DNA of 64,000 bases from Deinococcales bacterium (GTDB lineage Bacteria > Deinococcota > Deinococci > Deinococcales > JAAFIG01): positions 64,784-128,783 of the forward strand of contig JANYHH010000077.1 in NCBI GenBank assembly GCA_025359505.1, given 5' to 3'. Numbering within the stretch: the stretch's first letter is position 1; every line of letters begins with the position of its first letter. Positions 16,770 through 26,008 of the stretch are shown in pieces. The notes under the pieces are model-generated. The model had not been told where the DNA came from, searched no databases, and saw nothing but the letters and a program-made list of their open reading frames with translations. The position numbers were made by a program, and so were the translations under genes.

Positions 16770-17924
16770 GTGTTTCGTCAACGTTTGATCGCGCCCGGCC
16801 CCGTCGAGATTTCCGGTGATGTCCAGCGAGCCTTGTCGCTGCCGCAGATTCACCACCGCAGCCCCGAAGCCAAAATTATCCTCAAGCGCTCGCTCGAGTT
16901 GCTGCGCGTCGTCGCGGGACTGCCAGAAACGACGGGTTGGCAACCGCTGATTCTGACGATGAGTGGCACGGGCGCGTTCGAGGCGGTGCTGAGCAGCCTC
17001 GTGCCGCGCGGCGCGAAGTTTGCCAGTCTCAGCGCGGGCAAGTTCGGCGAGCGCTGGTCGGACATGGCCAAGTTGCTCGGTTACGAAGTCACGGAGCAGC
17101 GCTTCGCGTGGGGCGAGTCGATCCCGCCAAGCGCCGCCTCGAGCATCGCGCCGGAGACTCGAGCGCTGCTGGTGACGCACAGTGAGACCAGCACGGGGGC
17201 GCTGCACGACCTCGAGCGGATTGCCCGCGCAGCGCGGGCGGTGAGTCCAGAGATTTTAATCATTGTGGACGCGATTACCAGTCTCGGCATGGCAGAGCTG
17301 CGCCCCGTCGAGTGGGGATTGGACGCCATCGTCAGCGGATCGCAGAAAGCCGTGGCTGGGCCACCCGGACTGGGCTTGGTGTTCCTGTCACCCAGAGCGC
17401 TCGAGGTGCTGAATACGGGCGGCTCGAGCGGGTGTTACCTTGACCTGCGCCGCGAGCTGAAGGTGCAACCGCAAGGCGAGACCGCCTTTACGCCCGCGAT
17501 CAACCTGATTGTAGGGTTGAACGCCAGCCTCGAGCCGATTGCCGCTGAAATCGAGCAGATCGGTCTCCCAGCGTACTGGGCGGGTAAAAAAGCGCTCAAC
17601 GACGCGCTGTTGGCGGCGGCACTCAGCTTGGGCTGCTCGAGCTTCGCGCAAGTTCCCAGTCCCGCCTGCGTGACGCTGATCCCACCCGCGCCGATCACCG
17701 GGCGGATGCTGTGGAGTGCGCTGCTCAAACGCGGCGCGAGGGCGCAGACGGGGCAGGACGCGATCAAGGACGCCATCTGCCGCATCAGCTTCATGGGGCA
17801 TTTCGACCGTTACGACGCGCTCGCTTTTGCGGGCTTGCTCGAGGAGGCGCTGGTCGATTGCGGCGCTCAAGTCACTCGAGGCGCTGGGGTCGCAGCCGCT
17901 TGGCAGGCGCTCGAGGGCAAGTGA
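16770..17924 (+). CDS. class V aminotransferase (alanine-glyoxylate / serine-pyruvate type)
   Basis: LIAPGPVEISGDV...HRSPE at the N-terminus and the PLP-lysine motif SGSQKAVAGPPGLG. Confidence 0.85.
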   Translation: MFRQRLIAPGPVEISGDVQRALSLPQIHHRSPEAKIILKRSLELLRVVAGLPETTGWQPLILTMSGTGAFEAVLSSLVPRGAKFASLSAGKFGERWSDMAKLLGYEVTEQRFAWGESIPPSAASSIAPETRALLVTHSETSTGALHDLERIARAARAVSPEILIIVDAITSLGMAELRPVEWGLDAIVSGSQKAVAGPPGLGLVFLSPRALEVLNTGGSSGCYLDLRRELKVQPQGETAFTPAINLIVGLNASLEPIAAEIEQIGLPAYWAGKKALNDALLAAALSLGCSSFAQVPSPACVTLIPPAPITGRMLWSALLKRGARAQTGQDAIKDAICRISFMGHFDRYDALAFAGLLEEALVDCGAQVTRGAGVAAAWQALEGK

Positions 17925-17995
17925 ACTCAGCCCGCTCGCCAAGCTTTTATCGTGATCCAAGTCTAAGAATTCATCGAGCGTGTGAGCGACGACCC

Positions 17996-18023
17996 GTAGG
18001 GGCGAGCGGCCGCTCGCCCCTAC
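17996..18023. terminator. perfect 28-nt palindrome between convergent genes (possible bidirectional terminator)
   Basis: gtaggggcgagcggccgctcgcccctac is its own reverse complement. It sits between the aminotransferase stop (17924) and the crcB stop (18150). There is no U-tract. Confidence 0.45.
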
Positions 18024-18149
18024 CACCGCGCAGCCCTATGCCAAACACATGAAATGTCTCGAGCTTCACGTCTTCGTTTTAGCAAGTTTGAATTTAGGCT
18101 GTGACAAAAGCTTGCTTGCTCGAGACGACCGAACCCAGCCTGCTCGAGA

Positions 18150-18515
18150 CTAAAGCCGTTCCACCCACTGCCCGAGCAGCACCGCTCCAAATCCCAGCGC
18201 GAGGCTCGAGGCGACGTAAGCGAATGCCTCGAGTGGGCGTCCAGCGGCGATCAATTGCTGCACTTCCAACTCGAAGGTTGAGAAGGTCGTGAACGCGCCG
18301 CAAAAGCCGACGCCGATCGCCAGCCGCAGTTCCTCGGAGACCCGCCCGGAGAGTGCCAGCGTGACGATCAGCGCCAGTAAAAAACTGCCGACGAGATTGA
18401 CCGCCAGCGTTCCAAACGGAAAACTCGCGCCCAGCCACACTTTGGCGGCCAAGCCCACGCCGTACCGGGCGAGGCTGCCGAGCGCTCCGAAAACCGCGAT
18501 CCACACGAGTTGCAT
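18150..18515 (-). CDS. crcB: fluoride ion channel CrcB
   Basis: 121 aa with four TM segments. Contains FPFGTLAVNLVGSFLL and GFCGAFTTFSTF, the signature motifs. Confidence 0.9.
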   Translation of the reverse strand: MQLVWIAVFGALGSLARYGVGLAAKVWLGASFPFGTLAVNLVGSFLLALIVTLALSGRVSEELRLAIGVGFCGAFTTFSTFELEVQQLIAAGRPLEAFAYVASSLALGFGAVLLGQWVERL

Positions 18516-18526
18516 CTCAAAACTCA

Positions 18527-19147
18527 GTGTATCAACGTAAACTCATCGGCGTGAACGATCAGTTGCAACTGAAATTCGACCTCGAGATCAGCGCCCCGGT
18601 GATCCGGCATCACCTCGAGCGCTTGGTGGCGCGAATTGATTTGCCGCTGGTCGTGCCGGGCGTGCTGCCTATTCAACTCGGAACGCTGGCAGGTGGGCGC
18701 GTGGACGCCTTTGCGATCACTTCAAACACCGTGAATGCGACGCTGAGCTTCGAGCGCGGACGCAAGACGCCCGTGCGGATTGAATTGCGGCTCGAGGGCG
18801 TGAAATTTAATAGCGACACGCAAATCCTCGAGCTGACCCTCGAGCGGCTGAACGTCAGCGGTTTGACGCCGCTATCGGCGCTCGTCAACCCGCTGCGCGG
18901 TCAACTCGTTAAAGGAACAGTGCAAGCAGCCAATCAGCGCGTGCCGGGATTGTTGAGCGCATTAAAAGACCAGCGCCTCGAGCTGCATTTGGACGTGCTG
19001 ACCAGCCACGCGCTGACCGACGCGGGAGCAGATTTGAGAACTGCCCTCGAGCCGCTGCTGCCCGTGCCTGCCCACGCTCAGGTGCGCGTGTTGAGCCTCG
19101 AGCTAAAGCCAGATGGGCTTAGCTTGGGTGTGCAAATCGCGGTGTGA
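18527..19147 (+). CDS. hypothetical protein
   Basis: 206-aa ORF with a GTG start, divergent from crcB. No recognised domain. Confidence 0.4.
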   Translation: MYQRKLIGVNDQLQLKFDLEISAPVIRHHLERLVARIDLPLVVPGVLPIQLGTLAGGRVDAFAITSNTVNATLSFERGRKTPVRIELRLEGVKFNSDTQILELTLERLNVSGLTPLSALVNPLRGQLVKGTVQAANQRVPGLLSALKDQRLELHLDVLTSHALTDAGADLRTALEPLLPVPAHAQVRVLSLELKPDGLSLGVQIAV

Positions 19148-19235
19148 CGAGCGCTCGAGCGGCTGGTGATCCGAGATTTGCGAGAGGCTCCTCGAGCGTT
19201 TGCGACCTCGAAGCCAGACGAACGGCTACAGCCGC

Positions 19236-20426
19236 TTACAAGCGCCGCAGCATCAACGCCAGACCATTCGCGCCGCCCATGCACAGGCTCGCCACGCCCG
19301 TTTCCAAACCGCGCTGCTGCAAAGCGTGCAGCAGCGTCACGACGATTCGCGCTCCGCTGCACCCGATCGGATGCCCGAGCGCGACCGCCCCGCCGTTGAC
19401 GTTGACGCGCCCCAAATCGACCCCGAGTTCGCGGGTCACGGCCAGCGCTTGCACCGCGAACGCCTCGTTGAACTCGAATAAATCAACGTCAGCCAGTGTC
19501 ATGCCCAAATTCTCGAGCAGCTTGCGCGTCGCGGGCACGGGTGAGCGCGTGAACCACTTGGGTTCCACGCCGCTGGTGGCGTAACCGACGATCTGGGCCA
19601 GCGGCTTCAAACCGCGCTCGAGGGCGGCCGATTCGGACATCACCAGCAGCGCGGCCGCGCCATCGTTGATGCTCGGCGCGTTGCCGGGCGTGACGCTGCC
19701 GCCGTCTTTGAAGGCGCTTTTTAATTTACCCAGTGACTCGAGGCTGCTGTCGCGGCGCGGCCCCTCGTCGGTGTCGATCGTCACCGATCCGGCTCTGGTG
19801 GTGACGGTCACGGGCGCGATCTCGGCCGCGAAACGCCCAGCGTCGATGGCAGCAATGGCGCGGCGGTGCGACATCAGCGCGAACTCGTCCTGCTCGAGCC
19901 TGCCGATGCCCAATTCCGTGGCCGTCATCTCGGCCGCGTCACCCATCCGCCAGTGTTCAACAGCGCAGGTCAGCCCGTCGTGCATGTTGGCATCGCGCAG
20001 CTCCTGATGACCAGCCCGCACACCCTCGCGCTGCCCGAACAGCAGGTACGGGGATCGGCTCATGCTTTCCATACCGCCCGCGATCACGGCGCTCGCGTCC
20101 CCAGCCCGCACCGCGCTGGCGGCCAGCATCAGCGCTTTCATGCCACTGCCGCACACGACGTTGACCGTCGTCGCGCCGCTGGCGACGCTCAATCCCGCAC
20201 CGAGCGCCGCTTGCCGCGCCGGGTTCTGTCCGACGCCCGCTTGGATCACGTGACCCATGTACGTCTCTTCGATCAGTTCAAAGTCCAGCCCAAGGTCGAT
20301 CCCGCTGCGCTCGAGCACCGCACGAATGGCGACCGTTCCGAGCTGCGGGGCGCTCAGGTCTTTTAACCCGCCCAGAAAGCGTCCAATCGGCGTGCGAGCA
20401 GCGCTAACGATCACGGCTTTGTGCAT
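19236..20426 (-). CDS. acetyl-CoA C-acetyltransferase (thiolase II)
   Basis: [17 protein letters not shown] start, VCGSGMKAL active-site Cys, and C-terminal [18 protein letters not shown]. The ORF was trimmed from 20561 to ATG 20426. Confidence 0.9.
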   Translation of the reverse strand: MHKAVIVSAARTPIGRFLGGLKDLSAPQLGTVAIRAVLERSGIDLGLDFELIEETYMGHVIQAGVGQNPARQAALGAGLSVASGATTVNVVCGSGMKALMLAASAVRAGDASAVIAGGMESMSRSPYLLFGQREGVRAGHQELRDANMHDGLTCAVEHWRMGDAAEMTATELGIGRLEQDEFALMSHRRAIAAIDAGRFAAEIAPVTVTTRAGSVTIDTDEGPRRDSSLESLGKLKSAFKDGGSVTPGNAPSINDGAAALLVMSESAALERGLKPLAQIVGYATSGVEPKWFTRSPVPATRKLLENLGMTLADVDLFEFNEAFAVQALAVTRELGVDLGRVNVNGGAVALGHPIGCSGARIVVTLLHALQQRGLETGVASLCMGGANGLALMLRRL

Positions 20427-20478
20427 ACTGAGCAGTCTAGCAGTGCGACCGCCCAGTCTCGAGTCACGTAGAGGGAAA

Positions 20479-21118
20479 ATGACGACGTTGTTGTTCATCG
20501 TGATCTGGCTGGGAGCGCTGATTGCCACCTGCGTGCCCGTCGTCCCCGCGACGCTTATCATTTGGGGGGCGGCGCTGCTGCACGCGGTCTTGACCGGGTT
20601 TCAGCCGATCACTTGGGGCTTGCTCGCGGGTTTGGGCGCACTGGCGATCGCGGCGATGCTGGTCGATAATCTCGCAGCCGCATGGGGCACAGCCAAATTC
20701 GGTGGCTCGAGCGCGGCCGCTTGGGGCGCACTGGCGGGTGGTCTGGTCGGCTTGCTGCTTGGGCCGCTCGGGTTCGTGATCGGGCCGTTTCTGGGCGCGG
20801 TAAATAGCAGAGCTGATCTTGACGCGCAAATCGGTGCTCGAGGCGGTGAAAAGCGGCCTCGGCACGCTGCTCGGGTTGCTTGGCGGGATCGGTGCGAAGC
20901 TGGTGATTCACCTGACGATGGGCGTCTTTGTGCTGGTGCGAATTTGGAGCGCTTCAATCGGTTGCCAGACAAATGCTCGAGACTCGAGCGGAGACGCCAT
21001 TTCAGTGGAGGGTTTGAAACCGCTCCACTCGAGCTTGCTGTCTTTTGAGACCACAGGTCGATCAATCACATCAGGCGTTGCAACCACTCGCCGAACAGTC
21101 CTCGCTCCGCCTCACTGA
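20479..21118 (+). pseudogene. DUF456 membrane protein with apparent 1-nt insertion in A-run 20802-20804
   Basis: Frame A gives [30 protein letters not shown]...GPFLGAV and then nonsense. Frame +1 continues IAELILTRKSVLEAVKSGLGTLLGLLGGIGAKLVIHLTMGVFVLV, a typical DUF456 C-terminus. The 3' end is uncertain. Confidence 0.5.
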
Positions 21119-21755
21119 GCGGCGTCTCGAGCTTCGGCAACAAAGCCGCCAGCGCGACCGCGTGGCTGGCCGCTCGAGGCTCGAGGTCTTCGCTGGTTGT
21201 CCGAACTTCTTGGGTGAGGATCGCGTTCAGTACAGCGTTCAGCATCAGGCCTGAGAGTTTGGTGTCTTTACCTTGAGTGCCCAGCAAACTAAGCGTCGTG
21301 CCCAGAGCGCCGCCGTGCACCATCGCCGCCGCACGGTCTACGCTGACGGACAAGCGTCCGGCCTCGGCCACGCGTTGCAGCAGACCCTCGAGCATCTCAA
21401 AAGCTTGGCTAGAGTCTGGATCGGCTTTGGGGGCGGCGTACATCAATTTGTACAGGTGCGGATGGGTCAATCCAAACTCTATGTGCAGATTCCAGCCATC
21501 AATCAGCTCTTGGATCGGATCACTGAGCTGCACCCGCGCCGATTTGGACTCGAGGTAAGCGTTGAATCCAGCGCGGGCGACCTCGCTCAGTAAGCCTCGC
21601 ATATCACCGAACTGACGGTAAATCGTCGGCGGTTGCACGTCGGCCGCCGCGCTGACCGCTCGGGTGGAGACGGCCTCCACGCCTCCAGCCTCGAGTAGCC
21701 TCAGTGCGGATTGGAGGATGCGTTCTCGAGGGGCTGCGAGCGGGCTGATCTTCAT
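21066..21755 (-). CDS. TetR/AcrR family transcriptional regulator
   Basis: HTH region: ILQSALRLLEAGGVEAVSTRAVSAAADVQPPTIYRQFGDMRGLL. Confidence 0.85.
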   Translation of the reverse strand: MKISPLAAPRERILQSALRLLEAGGVEAVSTRAVSAAADVQPPTIYRQFGDMRGLLSEVARAGFNAYLESKSARVQLSDPIQELIDGWNLHIEFGLTHPHLYKLMYAAPKADPDSSQAFEMLEGLLQRVAEAGRLSVSVDRAAAMVHGGALGTTLSLLGTQGKDTKLSGLMLNAVLNAILTQEVRTTSEDLEPRAASHAVALAALLPKLETPLSEAERGLFGEWLQRLM

Positions 21756-21765
21756 TTTTCAATGA

Positions 21766-21826
21766 TAACACCGCTGTGTTAGCGACTTGACATATCACTG
21801 GACAATGTTTTATGTTAGCGGTGTAA
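21766..21826. promoter_or_regulatory. TetR/SDR divergent promoter with flanking inverted repeat (candidate operator)
   Basis: TAACACCGCT (21766-21775) and AGCGGTGTAA (21817-21826) form an imperfect inverted repeat. They bracket TTGACA (21787-21792), an 18-nt spacer and TATGTT (21811-21816). TGTTAGCG also occurs as a direct repeat. Confidence 0.5.
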
Positions 21827-21896
21827 ACAATTCATCTCGAGCCTTCAATCTCACCCAAAAAACACTCACCACAGGAATTATGAAACGAGAGCAGCG

Positions 21897-22757
21897 ATGA
21901 TTTTAGTCACTGGAGCATCTGGACAACTCGGCAGAGCCGTCATTCAACAACTCTTAAAGAACACCGCAGCCGACCAAATCGCTGCGTTGGTGCGTGATGA
22001 AAACAAAGTCGCTGACCTAAAAGCCGCTGGCGTCGCCATTCGCGTCGGTCATTACGACGATCCAGCCTCGCTCGAGACTGCCATGAACGGGGTGATGCGG
22101 GTTTTACTGATCGCTGGCACAGACGAGGAGCGCCGCGTCCAGCAGCACCAAAACGTCGTGAACGCCGCAAAGAAAGCGGGCGTCGAGGGCATCGCGTACA
22201 CCAGCCGAACCTTGAAAGACAGAAGCACGCTGGCGAATAAACTGATGGAAGGACATTTCCAGACCGAGGACGCCCTGCAAACCAGTGGATTGTCCTACGC
22301 GATTTTTCGCAACGTCTTGTACATGGACACGATCCCGCAATTTGTCGGCGAGCGCGTCTTTGACGCAGGCATTACGCTGCCCGCCGGTCAAGGCAGACTC
22401 GCCTTCGCCCTCAGAAGCGACATGGGCGAGGCGATCGCCAATGCGCTGCTGGCGGAGCGCTGGAATGAGACGATCTATCACCTGACCGGCAACGCGTCGT
22501 ATTCGTTCGACGATGTGGCGGCTGCGCTGACGCGCTTATCAGGTCGTCAAGTGAGTTACACGCCCGTCGAAGCCAGCACCTTCGGAGCGCAGATGCTCGA
22601 GCGCAGCCTGCCGGCTGTTGTTGTCCAGCGCATGATCGGCTTCATGACCGACATCAAAAACGGTCAGGAAGACCAGATCAGCCCAGACCTCGAGCAATTG
22701 CTCGGGCGCGAACCGACGAGTCTCGAGGCTGGGTTGAAAATGCTGTACAAGTTGTAG
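21897..22757 (+). CDS. NmrA-like / SDR family NAD(P)-binding oxidoreductase
   Basis: MILVTGASGQLGRAV Rossmann motif. Length and pattern resemble YtfG/QOR2-type proteins. Divergent from the TetR gene. Confidence 0.85.
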   Translation: MILVTGASGQLGRAVIQQLLKNTAADQIAALVRDENKVADLKAAGVAIRVGHYDDPASLETAMNGVMRVLLIAGTDEERRVQQHQNVVNAAKKAGVEGIAYTSRTLKDRSTLANKLMEGHFQTEDALQTSGLSYAIFRNVLYMDTIPQFVGERVFDAGITLPAGQGRLAFALRSDMGEAIANALLAERWNETIYHLTGNASYSFDDVAAALTRLSGRQVSYTPVEASTFGAQMLERSLPAVVVQRMIGFMTDIKNGQEDQISPDLEQLLGREPTSLEAGLKMLYKL

Positions 22758-22878
22758 ACGGCCCGTTACGACACACCTGTCAGCTCGAGCGGCAGCCGTG
22801 ACCGTTGTTTTTGTCTGGCAACGAAGTTTGACATGAAAACACCGCTCGAGGTTCAAACCAAGCGCTTATGATGCGCTG

Positions 22879-23577
22879 ATGCCACTTGCTGACAACCGAT
22901 CATTGCAGCCTCGCCTCGAGCGGGGCGTTTTTTTGCTGCTCGGTGCGTCCGGCAGTGGCAAGGGCAGCGTCGGCGCAGCGCTACTCGAGCGCGGAGCAAT
23001 CACCGCGCACGCCAGCATGGGCGCGTGGCTGCGCGAGGCGTTGCTTGACCCCGCAACCGCAACCCTCGAGCCGCATCTTGCGCCGCAACTCGCTGAATTC
23101 GCGTCGCCGCTCGAGTACCTGCGACATTGCGTGATGAACGGTCTGCTGATTCCAGATGCGTGGACGCAGGCGGTGATCGACTTGCGCCTCGAGCACGCCC
23201 CGGCTGGACTCTGGCTGCTCGACGGCTACCCGCGCACGGTCGGCGCGGCGCAGCACCTCATCACCGCGCTCGAGCGAAAGGGAATAGCGCTGCTCGGCGT
23301 GGTTCACCTTCGCGTGTTAAATGAGGTTGCCATGCAACGCTTGCTGGCTCGAGGACGCAGCGACGATCGGGAATCTGCGATTCTCGAACGATTGGAGTTT
23401 TACCACTTCAGTGTCCTACCGACCCTCGAGTGGCTGGAAACGCACGGTGTCGAGGTCGTCGAAATCTCGAGTGAACAGCATCTCGAGCTGGTGGTGAGCG
23501 CGGTCGAATCGGCGCTCGAGGGCTGGCGTGAAAAAAGCGCGGACGTGAATCCGCGCTCCTCGAGACCAACACTTTAA
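22879..23577 (+). CDS. adenylate kinase-like nucleoside monophosphate kinase
   Basis: P-loop GASGSGKGS, LLDGYPRT (NMP-binding) and ARGRSDD (LID-like). Confidence 0.6.
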   Translation: MPLADNRSLQPRLERGVFLLLGASGSGKGSVGAALLERGAITAHASMGAWLREALLDPATATLEPHLAPQLAEFASPLEYLRHCVMNGLLIPDAWTQAVIDLRLEHAPAGLWLLDGYPRTVGAAQHLITALERKGIALLGVVHLRVLNEVAMQRLLARGRSDDRESAILERLEFYHFSVLPTLEWLETHGVEVVEISSEQHLELVVSAVESALEGWREKSADVNPRSSRPTL

Positions 23578-23587
23578 TTTGCTGGAA

Positions 23588-24136
23588 TCAAAATCCAAAC
23601 TTCAAGCCTAGACCGACGCCGAACGTGCCGCCGAATCCGACTTGCAGCTTGGCATACGCGTCGATGGCGCGGCTGAGCGCGAAATCCGCTCCGAGATCGA
23701 TATTTCCAGCAAAGCCCGGCACGACGATGAATCCGAGGTGCGCGAACAAGTTGACGGCTGGCGAGACGAGGTAATCCACGCCGGTGACGAAGCCGAAGAT
23801 GAATTGTGTGAAGCCGTCGCCGCCGTTGAGACCTAAGGCCAAACCAGCGTAAATATTGCCTAAGTTGCGGTTCAAACCGAAGTTAATTGTCGGGCCGACC
23901 ACACCCCTAAAACTGACACTGCCGCCACCGAAGCCAATTCCGAGGCTGCTGTACAAACCCAGACTGAGGCTCGAGTCGAATTTAACGACGTTCTTGCCGT
24001 TCAGTTCAGCCCCAATGGCAAACGCGAAGCCGGGCGCGAAAGTGAAACCCGGCCCGAAACGAATAGTGAAATTCTCGGCCTGTGCTGCGCTGAAGAAACC
24101 GAAGAACGCGACCATGATGATTAAAAACTTTTTCAT
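23588..24136 (-). CDS. small outer-membrane beta-barrel-like protein
   Basis: Signal peptide (FFGFFSAAQA), alternating Gly/aromatic beta-strand pattern, and a C-terminal ...GLGLKFGF ending in Phe. Confidence 0.55.
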   Translation of the reverse strand: MKKFLIIMVAFFGFFSAAQAENFTIRFGPGFTFAPGFAFAIGAELNGKNVVKFDSSLSLGLYSSLGIGFGGGSVSFRGVVGPTINFGLNRNLGNIYAGLALGLNGGDGFTQFIFGFVTGVDYLVSPAVNLFAHLGFIVVPGFAGNIDLGADFALSRAIDAYAKLQVGFGGTFGVGLGLKFGF

Positions 24137-24214
24137 TTGACTCCCCTATCTTCTTGTGGCCTATTTTGCTGCGAATTGTCCTGCAACTTCAACCTGCACC
24201 TGCTAGAGTGCCGT

Positions 24215-24436
24215 GTGACACTGTACACGAAACCCAGTTGCTCGCTGTGTACGAAAGCTAAGGTTTTGCTGCTCCAAGCAAAGCTTAAATTCACAGAAAT
24301 CAACGTGCTCGAGGACGCTGATTTGATGGAACGCTACCAATTTGAGATTCCCGTGCTGATCGGTGACGACGGGCGCGAGCTGATGAAAGGCGCGTTCAGC
24401 GCCGGACGTATCGCGTCGCTGGTCGCTCGGGGTTGA
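24215..24436 (+). CDS. glutaredoxin-like protein (DUF836 type)
   Basis: VTLYTKPSCSLCTKAK carries the CxxC motif. ...FEIPVL. A GTG start is chosen because the upstream part of the ORF overlaps the divergent promoter region. Confidence 0.65.
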   Translation: MTLYTKPSCSLCTKAKVLLLQAKLKFTEINVLEDADLMERYQFEIPVLIGDDGRELMKGAFSAGRIASLVARG

Positions 24437-24439
24437 AGC

Positions 24440-25159
24440 GTGCTGCACCTGCACGGCTTGCGTTATGAAATGGACAATTGGCGCGACGCCCATCCCTATA
24501 ACGTCCCTGCCGTCGAGCACATCCTCAAACACGGTTTGCGTTTCACTGCACCGATCACGTTTTTCATCGGTGAGAACGGCACGGGCAAAACCACGGTTCT
24601 GGAGAGCATCGCCGTGCGTTACCCCAGAATCGGCGCGTTCACGCCTCACCTCAACACGTTAGGGACGACGCTCAGCCTTGAGGACGCGCCGCTCGGGTGG
24701 AACGCGAGACTCGAGACGAACCGCAATGCGGCCGCGCACGGGTTTTTCCTGCGGGCTTCGACGTTGAACGCGCTACTCGGGTCGCTCGAGAGTGAAACGC
24801 GTCCACGAAGGGGACGCACCGCGTCGTACCTTGATCGCTCGCACGGCGAGGGCTTACTGAACGTGCTGCAACAGCATTTCGACGCAAAGGGGTTTTACCT
24901 GCTCGACGAACCCGAAACCGCTTTGTCGCTGCGCTCACAGCTCAGCGTCGTCGCCTTGCTGCATCAGCTCGCCGCTCGAGGGTCGCAGGTGTTGTGCGCC
25001 ACGCACTCACCAATACTGCTCTCCTTGCCCGACGCGCAGATTCTCGAGTTCGGCGAGTTCGGCATTCGCGTAGTCCAGCGCGAGGATTTGGAGCTGCTGC
25101 GCGACTGGAAATCTTTTTTGGCCAACCCCGAGCTGTGGCTGCGTCACCTGCTGACCTGA
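24440..25159 (+). CDS. AAA/ABC-like ATPase (COG3910-type predicted ATPase)
   Basis: Walker A GENGTGKTT, Walker B FYLLDEPETALS, and ATHSP. Confidence 0.75.
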   Translation: MLHLHGLRYEMDNWRDAHPYNVPAVEHILKHGLRFTAPITFFIGENGTGKTTVLESIAVRYPRIGAFTPHLNTLGTTLSLEDAPLGWNARLETNRNAAAHGFFLRASTLNALLGSLESETRPRRGRTASYLDRSHGEGLLNVLQQHFDAKGFYLLDEPETALSLRSQLSVVALLHQLAARGSQVLCATHSPILLSLPDAQILEFGEFGIRVVQREDLELLRDWKSFLANPELWLRHLLT

Positions 25160-25165
25160 CAAAAA

Positions 25166-25198
25166 CGCTCGAGGGGTGAAAAAATTTCCCCTCGAGCG
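25166..25198. terminator. hairpin between convergent genes (ATPase gene / hpf)
   Basis: cgctcgagggg-tgaaaaaattt-cccctcgagcg has an 11-bp perfect stem built from two CTCGAG sites. Confidence 0.5.
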
Positions 25199-25230
25199 CG
25201 AACCCGATTGCTTACTTTGCGGTTCGAGCA

Positions 25231-25300
25231 GTTAACCGATGTGGGACTCAAGCACTGCCCGATGTGCGGCTCGAGCGTTCAACTGATGTGCGGCTCGAGC
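25231..25300. repeat. three tandem degenerate copies (about 23-24 nt) of the hpf 3' terminus
   Basis: The GATGTG(C/G)GGCTCGAGC-like units begin at about 25238, 25261 and 25285. The last one encodes the hpf C-terminus LEPHIS-stop. Confidence 0.7.
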
Positions 25301-25827
25301 AAGCCGTAATGTCCATCGCGGCGTTTGTAAATCACGTTAACCTGATCTGATTTGGCATTATAAAACATGTAAAAGTCGTGCCCGAGTGCTTCCATCTGCA
25401 TGGCTGCGTCTTCCGGGGACATCGGGCGCAGCTCGAAGCGCTTGTTGCGAACGATCTGCACCTCCATGTCCTCTTCGTCCGGCTCTGGCGTGACCGTCTC
25501 GAGCGGTAATTCACCGCGATGCGTGCGCGTGATGTATTTGCTGCGAAATTTCTTCAATTGGCGCTCCAGCACCTCGGTCGCCGCGTCGATCGCCACGTAC
25601 ATGTCTTGGCGGGCTTCCTCGGCGCGAATCACGCCGTGCGGCACGTTGAGTTGCATCTCGACTCGGTGCGGCGCGAACGTCGTGCCATCGTTCTTGACGC
25701 TCAGCACGACCCGCGCATCGACGATGTGCTCCTCGAAGCGCTCTAATTTACTTAATCGCTGTGCGACGTGAGCGCGGATGCCTTCGGTGATCTCCAAATT
25801 TCTGCCGACTAACTTGTAGACGTTCAT
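25279..25827 (-). CDS. hpf: ribosome hibernation promoting factor (long form)
   Basis: N-terminal S30AE domain (GRNLEITEGIRAHVAQRLSKLERF) plus a C-terminal dimerisation domain (RFELRPMSPEDAAMQMEALGHDFYMF). Confidence 0.9.
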   Translation of the reverse strand: MNVYKLVGRNLEITEGIRAHVAQRLSKLERFEEHIVDARVVLSVKNDGTTFAPHRVEMQLNVPHGVIRAEEARQDMYVAIDAATEVLERQLKKFRSKYITRTHRGELPLETVTPEPDEEDMEVQIVRNKRFELRPMSPEDAAMQMEALGHDFYMFYNAKSDQVNVIYKRRDGHYGLLEPHIS

Positions 25828-26008
25828 AAACGCCTCCTGAATCAGAGCGGTGCAGTGAAGAATTGTGTGCTCTGATCTGAGGAGAGTCTAACAAGCCTCG
25901 TGAGTCCACGATGACGCAGCGATCACGGCGCTTTAGAAGCGGTGGTGATACGCTGGCTTTTGGGTTTGAAAAACCGCAGTTTGAATAAACCGCGTTAACA
26001 CTCGAGGC

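Noticed and set aside
16677-18026. Minus-strand ORFs of 176 aa (16677-17207) and 212 aa (17388-18026)
   Set aside because: Both are antisense to the class V aminotransferase gene, Arg-rich, and without recognisable domains, so I treat them as shadow ORFs.
18516-18600. Fluoride riboswitch upstream of crcB
   Set aside because: Only about 11 nt separate crcB from the divergent gene. The sequence lacks the conserved fluoride-riboswitch core as I remember it. A covariance-model scan (Rfam crcB motif) would be decisive.
25160-25300. CRISPR-like array (regularly spaced repeats)
   Set aside because: There are only three degenerate units of about 23 nt without spacers, derived from the hpf 3' end. 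The window-wide CTCGAG recurrence is a 6-mer, not a repeat-spacer structure. There are no cas genes.
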